Shown: positions 28,110-36,959 of the stretch, piece by piece
How the letters are laid out: every line of letters begins with the position of its first letter
Numbering within the stretch: the first letter of the stretch is position 1
Origin: Cyanophora paradoxa CCMP329
Lineage: Eukaryota; Plantae; Glaucophyta
NCBI GenBank assembly: GCA_004431415.1
Contig: QPMI01000494.1
Span: forward strand, 496,001 to 560,000
Reading direction: 5' to 3'
DNA length: 64,000 bases
Notes under the pieces: model-generated
What the model saw: only the letters and a program-made list of their open reading frames with translations
Database searches by the model: none
Told to the model about the DNA's origin: nothing
Position numbers and translations under genes: made by a program

Positions 28110-28449
28110 GCCGACCTTAATATTTTCTCGCCCAATAGTAGCGCTACGTAACAAGAACCTATCTCGTAGTGAGTGCTCGCGCATTTTATCCTTTTTTTCG
28201 TAGGATCCATGTGCGTTTCGTTTAACACCTGTTCTACCGGGTTCATTGGTAGAAACTTGGGCGCCCCCGACAAGTCAGCCCACATCGGGCATCGGGGGCA
28301 GCAATGCAAGCTTGCCTTTGCGCAAGCGCTTATTTTTGTAGCTTCTACCGGTTGTAGGGGTCAAAAATTGATTACGTTCTGAAAAAAGGTATATCAAAGA
28401 AGAAAATCATTTAAAGATTTCTTGCTATATAGTAGCAGAGGTTGAGAGA

Positions 28450-28704
28450 ATGACGACAAGTGCGGCTCAGAAGCGTGCAAATGCTAATTACCGGGCTACC
28501 GGGAAAGGCAAAATTGCGCTCCAAAAGAACAAGGAGAAAATGCGAAAAAAGGTTTACGAGCTTTATCAATCTGATGATTGCTATCGCTCGATGAAAATCG
28601 TTCAAGCAAGTCACCGTGCGTATTCCAACAATGCGATTTGTTTCGTGAAATTCTTGTTTGGCGTTCCCTATAATAATGTCGGTCGCCCATCTAAGTATAT
28701 CTAA
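28450..28704 (+). CDS. Small basic putative DNA-binding protein
   Basis: TSAAQKRANANY start, Lys/Arg-rich; possible counterpart of 16733-17023. Confidence 0.55.
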   Translation: MTTSAAQKRANANYRATGKGKIALQKNKEKMRKKVYELYQSDDCYRSMKIVQASHRAYSNNAICFVKFLFGVPYNNVGRPSKYI

Positions 28705-28910
28705 ATCCTTTTTCTCGGCGCGATTGAAGCTGAGGAAACGAATGCGCAACCGCGCTAAATAAAAATTGCTTTCGTGTTATTTTTCGAGCTTGTTTATCGA
28801 GCCAACCCTTTTGTTATTTTTGTGAAATTTCCGTCGGGCAAAAAATGACGCAGAACTGAAAAAATGATTTAAGGATAATTTTCTTTGGATATATATAAGA
28901 ACGCAACGAG

Positions 28911-31900
28911 ATGCCTCGCCCTTCCAACCGGTTGATCAGAAAGCTTAATGAAGACACTATTGGTTACACTACTATGAGTCTTGTTCATGGATTGATGACA
29001 ACAGAGCAAGCTAACCTTATTCTCAATGCGATAGCCAGGCGAATTACGTTAAAAACGGCAAAAGATTGGAATGACACAGCAAAGGGAATTTACGAGAATA
29101 ACCTTACAAAGCGCGAGGTGGGGGATGAGTTCCAAAGATTGGGTGCTATCGACGTTCCCCAGGAACTAACAGACCAGCGCCCGCAACGCAACACCAAGAC
29201 ACATATTAGCCGGTTCCAGAAGCTGATGAAAAATCTAAAAGAGAAAATCGAGAATTTAGAGGGCGACACTGTGACTATGTATTTTCGTATGTATCGGTTG
29301 ATTGTGACAAAAGCCCCCAAAAACGTAAGGGTTGTGGAAGAATGGGGTGACAGATACTACCAAGTTCTCAAAGACAGAAAAGACGGTTCATTCCATTCGG
29401 TTAAATTGAAGAAAGACCTTTTCATAAAATCCCTCGATCTTGTGAACAGACCATTTACCAATGTCCCATGTTTCGAAAAAAAAGCAATCAAACAATTCAT
29501 TTTCGAAAACATGCAGTTTGGTAATAGAAACCCAGACTTAATCTATTTGAAAAACGTTCACACAGGCACATACAGTGATGTCCTGACAATCGAGAAGATA
29601 AGACCCGAGAACGATAATGAGTTTATCCCCAGGATCGACCAGATCTTACGAGACTATCAAGCGCCTATGATCCCATCTAAGTATCTTACTTACGAATTTG
29701 ATGTTAACTCAAAGTCATTCAGTGATTTCTTTGATAAAACGAAGAACAAGGAATTGAGAATTAAATCATGTGTGCATGATGCTATCATTGCTGTGTTTGC
29801 ACCAGCGTTTGAAAAAGCCAAAGATTATGGGCGCTACGTTTCTATCAAGCTGAATCATGCCTTCTTGTTCAAATTGGTGCATGGTCGGGATCCAGTTGAT
29901 GGGGACGATATGGGATTATCATTACGACAAATTACCGATGCATTTCTGAAGCCATACAAGCTTTCTATGATAGTAGTAGACGAGAATGATAAAGTGGACT
30001 ATGCCCTATCCTATATTCCTGTGGATGCAAACGGAAAGAGAACGAGGAACAAATTCCTCCGACCATCCACCATGTATGTAAAAGTGCAAAATGGACACAT
30101 GTATTTGCTCAATAATAATGTTGAGAGCCTCATCCAATCTTTCAATGGATCTAAGCCTACTGAAAAAGATATGCCGTTGGGTTGTAGATACAGGCTAAGA
30201 AGAAACGATAACAACAGTGGTAGTTTTTTCGCAGCCAATGAGGATCATATTGTAGGTATTCTCCAATCAGATGAGGCAACAAAAAAGAACCTTATCCGCA
30301 TCAATTACGGTGGTGCAGGTGGTCTCACTAAATTGTATGCTTCCTTCCTGACAGTGCATAATTACATAGCTGATGCCAGAATTTCGGTTCTCGGATCCAT
30401 CCAAAGCATAAGGTTCAAGTATCAGAACAAGGATGTCATCATTATACCTGTGTGCCCAGAAGTCGAAGTTGAGACAGCTTACCACTTGCAGTTCGAGAAC
30501 TCAGAGCAGCGGGATGCATTCACCAAATATAATAACATGTTCTACGAAGCATTAATTAACAGATCCTTGAAGAGTTCCTACAACGAAAACACACGAAATG
30601 CTTTCGTGGTTGGTTCTCAGAGTGCCTTAAATGGTCGCTTTGAAGATTCCGCCGAAATCATTAAGGATTTGAATGATGGGTGCCTTAAAGTGTTCGAACA
30701 CGATGGGTGCAAAGCGTATGCAGGTCATGTTAATTCATTTGAGTATTTCCCGGTATTTAGCGAATTCGATGACTTTAAGGATGTGTCCATACAATCAGTT
30801 GCCGATGTGGAACCTTACAGCTTCTACTACGTGACTTTGAAGAAAGGACAATACCTTATTAAGAAGGACTCTAGTGGAAAGGAGTGGGTGCAATATAGAT
30901 ATCCCAAAGCAAAGCGAATTCTCATAGATTCACCATGTAACCTGATCCCAGGGATCATGCTCAAAGAATACTTCGATGACCTGATAGACATAATCGATGT
31001 AAAATACATCTTAAAACCATATCGAATTGTCAAGAACGTTGTTAAATATGTTATCAAACAGATCTTAGAGAGCAACCTTAGCGAAACTGAGAAGAAGCAG
31101 ATTCTTGTAAGTATTATTGGAATGCTCGGGAAACAAAAGAATCAGAGATCGCGAACCAAACCGTTTTTCCTAAAATCGGATGCTATCGAGTTTGCCAGAA
31201 AGCATGGTGGCGACGTCAAATTACTGTGGCTCGGTGAGAAGAAGCCCAAGCAATCCACAGAAGCCAAAACCGAATCTCAAATCAAAGTCTCAAACTATGA
31301 AAAATGGATTCAAGCTTATGAAGAACGAAAACAAAAGAAAAATCAGGTTAAACCCGAAATTGAAGAAGAACATGCAATTGAAGATTACGAAAACCCCGAT
31401 CGCATTGTTGCAGCTGAGGAGATAACAGACCCACACATTTGGTATGTGGAGAAAATAGAAGAAAGGCTACTAAAAGATGGATTCCTTCCGATCCAAAATA
31501 TGGTCTATTCAAAACAACGAATGGATCTGTATAAGAAGTGCAGGGAATCAAAGGGTGTCATTATGGCTCTTAAAGTTGATGCAGTCTATGAGGCAATCGA
31601 CGAAAGCTTAGATGTAGAAGAAGTTAAATTCGATCGCACGAAGTATGAGAATATCGGACGTTTCAGCACGAAACCTATATCTTTCAATGAGTATTGCAAT
31701 AAGATCTTACAGAAGAAGCACGAGACTAAGAGGACAAATGGAATGATCCGATTTTTCAAGCCGGAGAGACTGAGGGATTTCGTTACTGTGAGAAAGAATG
31801 ATTGCACAGCATACACGGTTCCCGATGAATTTGACACGAAAGCGATATGTGATATGATGCTCTCCAAAGGGAAAGGCATAAGAATTGAGGGAAATGCCCC

Positions 31901-33191
31901 AGGAACCGGAAAGTCGTATGTGAGCAAGGCGATCGGTGCCAAATTCGACAGTTGCTTATATATCACGCCCACTAACAAGCGTGTCAAAGAAATGAAAGTC
32001 GAAGATGGTTTGGAGAATGTGATGACCATTCATGGTGCGTTCAATCTGAAAATCGATGATTCCCAAATGGACGATGTTGTGGGTGCGAATGCAAGCAAGA
32101 TTGCACCTTATCAATGCATTGTTATGGATGAAGGCTACCAGCTTAGCATACCACAGCTTGCAGCACTGAAACACATGATGAAAGTCGCCTACCCTGACAA
32201 GACCTACATTCTGAATGGTGACCCGTTGCAAAATCCACCTATTCAGTTCCTTAGTGTGGATCAGAAGGAATATTATAACGAGATCTTTGAGCAGCTCTTC
32301 CCGAGCTTGTTAGAGTTGCATGTGAATAAGCGCCACATTTTGCCAGAAGATCGCGAAAAGATTCTCGAATGGAAGCAAGATTTATTCGAAAAGAACATGG
32401 ACATATCCGCATTCCTTGCAAAGCATAACATACCTGTTATTTCGCCTGATCAGTTGCGACCTGACGATAGAGCTATTACTTACACAAACCGCAAAGCAGC
32501 ACAGGTTAATGCTATGATCCACCGCATTAAGTATGGTATAGATACGCCAACTCATTTTAAAGGGCTCGAAATTATAGCAAAGCAGCGCCTGACGAAAGGG
32601 AAGACGGCAGATGACGAGAGTGTAATCATCCATAATGGATTCTCGTATATCATCGAGGATCTGAACGAAACCACGCTTACGATTTCAGACTACGCAGATG
32701 AAAGCATTAAAATAACGCTTCCATACGATTCAATCAAGCATTTCACGCTTCCCTATGCTAATACGTGTCACGTTGTGCAAGGTGACACGGTAAAAAATAA
32801 GCGGGTGGTTGTTTTCGAGGCGCAATCGCCCCACGTCACCAAATATTGGTTGTGGGTCGCACTGACCAGGACACCATATTTGAAGGACACCGTGATTTGT
32901 GTGGATGAAAGCGAGATCTATGATATGGGCGCTTTCAAATCAAGAATGCATAGACTGATTCAAGGTTATAAACATCAAGACAAGGTTGCAGGTCGCGATT
33001 TCGTCGAATCTATGTATGTTACTTATCCATGGATAAAGCAAAGATTCGGAATTCAGAATGGGCTTTGTTGGCGATGCTACCAAATTATGGGTTACGATGA
33101 GGTCTCGGTTGACCGCGAAAACAATGCGGTCGCTCATGTTATCGGTAATATTTCCCTCTCTCATATTAAGTGTAACTGTGCGGCTCAGTGA
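28911..33191 (+). CDS. Multidomain replicase: vOTU-like + derived PolB-like palm + SF1 helicase + HNH-like domain
   Basis: SF1 motifs GNAPGTGKS, IVMDE, GDPLQNPPI, NKRH, TCHVVQGDT, WVALTR (strong). PolB-like HDGCKAY / KQILVSIIG / LKVDAV in A-B-C order (moderate). SCVHDA...NGHMY vOTU-like; C-terminal CWRC...SVDRENNAVAH...N...CN. Confidence 0.8.
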   Translation: MPRPSNRLIRKLNEDTIGYTTMSLVHGLMTTEQANLILNAIARRITLKTAKDWNDTAKGIYENNLTKREVGDEFQRLGAIDVPQELTDQRPQRNTKTHISRFQKLMKNLKEKIENLEGDTVTMYFRMYRLIVTKAPKNVRVVEEWGDRYYQVLKDRKDGSFHSVKLKKDLFIKSLDLVNRPFTNVPCFEKKAIKQFIFENMQFGNRNPDLIYLKNVHTGTYSDVLTIEKIRPENDNEFIPRIDQILRDYQAPMIPSKYLTYEFDVNSKSFSDFFDKTKNKELRIKSCVHDAIIAVFAPAFEKAKDYGRYVSIKLNHAFLFKLVHGRDPVDGDDMGLSLRQITDAFLKPYKLSMIVVDENDKVDYALSYIPVDANGKRTRNKFLRPSTMYVKVQNGHMYLLNNNVESLIQSFNGSKPTEKDMPLGCRYRLRRNDNNSGSFFAANEDHIVGILQSDEATKKNLIRINYGGAGGLTKLYASFLTVHNYIADARISVLGSIQSIRFKYQNKDVIIIPVCPEVEVETAYHLQFENSEQRDAFTKYNNMFYEALINRSLKSSYNENTRNAFVVGSQSALNGRFEDSAEIIKDLNDGCLKVFEHDGCKAYAGHVNSFEYFPVFSEFDDFKDVSIQSVADVEPYSFYYVTLKKGQYLIKKDSSGKEWVQYRYPKAKRILIDSPCNLIPGIMLKEYFDDLIDIIDVKYILKPYRIVKNVVKYVIKQILESNLSETEKKQILVSIIGMLGKQKNQRSRTKPFFLKSDAIEFARKHGGDVKLLWLGEKKPKQSTEAKTESQIKVSNYEKWIQAYEERKQKKNQVKPEIEEEHAIEDYENPDRIVAAEEITDPHIWYVEKIEERLLKDGFLPIQNMVYSKQRMDLYKKCRESKGVIMALKVDAVYEAIDESLDVEEVKFDRTKYENIGRFSTKPISFNEYCNKILQKKHETKRTNGMIRFFKPERLRDFVTVRKNDCTAYTVPDEFDTKAICDMMLSKGKGIRIEGNAPGTGKSYVSKAIGAKFDSCLYITPTNKRVKEMKVEDGLENVMTIHGAFNLKIDDSQMDDVVGANASKIAPYQCIVMDEGYQLSIPQLAALKHMMKVAYPDKTYILNGDPLQNPPIQFLSVDQKEYYNEIFEQLFPSLLELHVNKRHILPEDREKILEWKQDLFEKNMDISAFLAKHNIPVISPDQLRPDDRAITYTNRKAAQVNAMIHRIKYGIDTPTHFKGLEIIAKQRLTKGKTADDESVIIHNGFSYIIEDLNETTLTISDYADESIKITLPYDSIKHFTLPYANTCHVVQGDTVKNKRVVVFEAQSPHVTKYWLWVALTRTPYLKDTVICVDESEIYDMGAFKSRMHRLIQGYKHQDKVAGRDFVESMYVTYPWIKQRFGIQNGLCWRCYQIMGYDEVSVDRENNAVAHVIGNISLSHIKCNCAAQ

Positions 33192-34255
33192 TGGATACAG
33201 TGTTATCATACAAGAAATACAGGCAGAAACTAATTAATGAAGGTGTAAGTTTTGACGAGGCGAAACTAAAAAAACAGTTCGAGAACTCGGAACTACAACA
33301 GATTTTCAAGAAACCAAAAAGACCAAAGAGCTTTTTACGCATTGTAGCGAGACCCCGATCATTTCAAGTAGACATTATGTTTTTTAGAGGATTTCAAACA
33401 GCGAATAGAGGCATTGGTAAGGCGCTTAGTTTCATTGAGATTTTGAGCAGGAGAGCATTCGTTTATCCTTTCAAAGAGTCTTCCGAAATTCAGGGCATTT
33501 TAGATAGGTTTAAGCAGGATGCCGGGAAAGTTGTAGGATTGGCGGGAGATAATGAGTTTTCACAGAGAGTTTATCGTGAATGGTGCAGCGCAAATGGTGT
33601 GGAACTCTACACAGATGTAGCAAAAGACGACCACATTTCGGTAGGCAACAAGTTAGGTATCATAGATAGATTTACGAGGACTTTTAAGCAGTATCTGAGA
33701 AAGGCAATGATTGCAAAGGGAAGCTCGAAATGGCTCGATTTAGTAAAGGAAGTTTTAGACACATACAACAGTTCCCCACATTCCTCTTTGAAAAACGACA
33801 CACCAAACAATGTATATAATAGTGACCACAAGCAGCTATATATTTACTTGCGGGATTCAGTGCATAACGACCAAGTGAAAGATACTGAACAAGTTGATGT
33901 GAAACAAGGCGACACTGTTCGGGTGTTGGAGCCCAAAGGGATATTTGATAAAGAAGGTGCAAGGTTTAGCAAGAAAGTATATACAATTGGTGCAAAAGAT
34001 AACAATAGGTTCAAAGTATTAGAAAATATGGATGGAGAAGTAAAGGAAGTTAAGAGACGTTTTAAAAAGAACGAGTTACAGAAAGTGAGTAAGGCTGATG
34101 TTATTAAGATTCCTGATCAAAAGAGGATTATAAGAGTTGCGAAAACGAATGAAGTAAATCGCAAATTAGCGAAAGAAGGGATCAAGCCGAATCGAAAGAA
34201 TGTTGTAAGGAAGAAGTATAATCTGAGAAGTAAAACGATAAAGCAATCGAGGTAA
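33191..34255 (+). CDS. Retroviral-like (rve) integrase
   Basis: FQVDIMF, LAGDNEF, GIIDRFTRTFK and YNSSPHSSL; shares TDVAKDDHISxGNKLGIIDRF with the element-1 integrase. Confidence 0.92.
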   Translation: MDTVLSYKKYRQKLINEGVSFDEAKLKKQFENSELQQIFKKPKRPKSFLRIVARPRSFQVDIMFFRGFQTANRGIGKALSFIEILSRRAFVYPFKESSEIQGILDRFKQDAGKVVGLAGDNEFSQRVYREWCSANGVELYTDVAKDDHISVGNKLGIIDRFTRTFKQYLRKAMIAKGSSKWLDLVKEVLDTYNSSPHSSLKNDTPNNVYNSDHKQLYIYLRDSVHNDQVKDTEQVDVKQGDTVRVLEPKGIFDKEGARFSKKVYTIGAKDNNRFKVLENMDGEVKEVKRRFKKNELQKVSKADVIKIPDQKRIIRVAKTNEVNRKLAKEGIKPNRKNVVRKKYNLRSKTIKQSR

Positions 34256-34507
34256 GTGGGAAATGGAAATGAAATATGATAAAGATGATAAAGATGTAAT
34301 TGTAGCCATGGCGTGAGTTTTTTGTTTTTGTTACTGAATATCGTCAGGGGTTTAATGAAATGATTGATGATATCAGTGAGTCAGTGGGAATATCTCGATT
34401 GAATTTATCGATGAAAAGTATGTATTACTGAATATCGTGGGGAATTCGAATGTATTTGTATTATTTCGGGATTTTTCGTTTATGTAGCCATGGCGTAATA
34501 CTCCACT
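34171..34507 (-). repeat. Right TIR of element 2
   Basis: Inverted copy of 23656-23992. Confidence 0.95.
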
Positions 34508-34536
34508 TCCAGCGGCGGATACGGGGCCCGGGGCGT

Positions 34537-34729
34537 GTACGGCGGCGGATTTGGGGGCGGGTACGGCGACGAATTCGGGGGTGGGTACGGCGGCGGATTC
34601 GGGGGTGAGCACGGCGGCGGATTCGGGGGTGGGTACGGCGGCGGATTCGGGGTGGGTACGGCGGCGGATTCGGGGTGGGCACGGCGGCGGATTCGGGGTG
34701 GGTACGGCGGCGGATTCGGGGTGGGTACG
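34537..34729 (+). repeat. Host minisatellite, 8 x 23-24 bp (GTACGGCGGCGGATTCGGGGGTGG)
   Basis: Directly visible tandem copies beside the element-2 insertion site. Confidence 0.9.
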
Positions 34730-36959
34730 TAAACGGCTCCCACGAAGATGACTTCGAATTCGAATTCGGCATGAGCCGCGGTGCGCACGGCCCTCCGTGT
34801 CCCCCCGCCCCCGCCCCCCCCCTTTCCCCCCCTCCCACCCCCCCCCCCCGAGGATCTGAACGAGCTGCTGAGCCAGGGGGTAAAGCCCTGGGACGAGGAC
34901 GCCCACGCCGTCCTCGCCGTCCTCGCTGTCCTCCTCGCCGGCGACGTCAACGTCGACGTCTATATCTACTACTAGCTACCTATATATATAGCTATATTTC
35001 TAGGCGCCGGCCTCCGGATCCAGGTTTCTAGGCCTAGCTATAGCTAGTAGGTTTGCTCTCGACCTTAGGCCCCGTGGGGGTACGCGGCACTGGCAGCGCT
35101 AGCTATATAGCTATAGCGCTAGCTAGCTATATAGGGCGCGGTTCATTGCATGTGTTTCGGGCTCCCCTCAAACATTCATGATATATAATTGCTGTACAAC
35201 TGCGGAAGACCAGTACTCAAAGAGAAAGGGTGCGCTAACTAAGTAAATCAAATGCATCGTGGTTCTCGAATGCACGCATCGTGTAAACAATGCAAGTAAA
35301 TATATATCGGAAGCTGAAGAATGAAGTTTGCGCTTGGGCGGGCCATTAATATTGCTACTACAGGAGCGCGAAAGAGAGCCAGTCCTCGCCCTCGTCTGCG
35401 GAGGGGCCCGGGGCCGGGTCCCACTCGGCGGCGTCGCCGTTGAGCCCGCCGAAGGGCGCCGCTGCCGCAGCCGCCGGCAGGCGGCACGAGCCGACGGACT
35501 CGTCGAAATCGACGCCGCTCGGACCCGAACCCGGGTCGCCCCCAAGGGCAGACCCGATCGCTGAGACGGACGCCTCGTCCTCTTCGTCGTCGCTCACGCG
35601 CTGCGTCAACGCGTTGTGAGAGACCAAAGTGGAAGTGAAAGATCAAGATCAAGAGCGCACGTCCGTTTCGTCGTCGACGTAGAAAACGGGGCGCCGAGGA
35701 GCGATCTCGAAGGAGGGCGCGGAGTCCGCGGGGGCCGCCTGCGCAGCGTCCTGCCGCCCGCCCGCCCCCCCGGCACACTCAGACGGCGTTCCGGAGAGTG
35801 CTTCAGATCCCTTCTCACTGCCGCCGCCGCTGACCTCGTGCTCGGGATCGACGGCGAAGACTTCGCCATGGAAGACGCCGCCGCTGTCCCGGAGCTCCGC
35901 GTCCTGCGCAGAGGCACGAACAGCGCGCGGTCATGATCGGCGGGGCGCACGCCGCGGGCGAGCGGGTCCGCCTGGCCGGGCGGGGCTCGAGAGATCGCGC
36001 TCACCGCATCGGAAGGGTCGACGAAGACGACGTCGCGCCTGACGAGGCCGATCTCCTCGTCGCTCTCCGCGTAGTGCGCCGCGTACGCGCCGACGTCCTG
36101 CGAGGGCGAGAGCGCGCGTGCGCGTCGGGGGCCGAGAATCGGATTGCAGGCCCTGCAACTGGAATGCAGACCTCGGCGTCTGAGTCGGGTTCCACGAAGA
36201 CGACCTTGCGCCGGACGACCCCGTCGTCGTCCACAACCTGTGCGCGAGGGCCTCATGATCAAATTGGGATGTCGCGAGCTCGAGAAGCGCTGGATTTTCG
36301 CGCGAGCGTAACGCGAACCTCGAAGCTGGCTGTGCGCAGGACGGGCGGTCCCCGCAGCTGAAAGCTGCGCTCCGCGAGCAAGTCGATACCGAGGGCAATG
36401 GATCCGGAGGAGATCATATCGCCGAGGTTCGGGCTGGCCATGGGGGAAAGCTGAAAGCTAGCTAGCCAGAGAGAGTGCTGGTCCACTGCTGGAGCTGACG
36501 CGCGTGTGTCAGAGTCGACTGCGGGACAGCTGCTGCCCCGCCCGCCCGCTGGCACGGAACCAGTTTTCGAAGAAGGCTGCGCTGGCGCGTCTCTCCGATG
36601 GCAACATGTTCGTGACGGGACGCTCCCGAAATGAATCTATGGGTCCCAATGCGGAAGAACACCGTGGCACCACATTTGCCCGCCTTCGCGGAGCTCACGC
36701 GTGGCGCCGCCGCCGGTATCACAGCGCGAGCTGCAGAGCACGGGTTGTGCATGCTGCTGGGTTGCCGCGCGGCGCCTGCGGGGCCGAACACGTTTTGCGC
36801 GTGTACCCATTCGATCCCCATTCGATCGGCCTCGCCGCTGTACCCCACGGTCGAAGCGCGGCGAAGAAGGCCGACCACAGCAGGGCTCCGGGTGGTTCAG
36901 AGAGGAGCGGCACAACACGCCCGTAGTGATTTTGGCCACGCCCGGCTCTCGCTGCGCCG

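Larger units (their letters stand above)
23656..34507. mobile_element. Endogenous Polinton-like virus, element 2 (10,852 bp)
   Basis: 337-bp TIRs with no mismatch found by eye, 5'-AG...CT-3' ends, 6-bp TSD TCCAGC (23650-23655 and 34508-34513); encodes ATPase, MCP, penton, integrase and a PolB-like/helicase fusion. Confidence 0.96.
23411..34751 (+). pseudogene. Host low-complexity ORF interrupted by element 2
   Basis: The reconstructed empty site reads in frame ...GAGAGTDP|AADTGPGACTAADLGAGTATNSGVGTAADS, joining ORF 23411 to ORF 34551. Confidence 0.35.
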
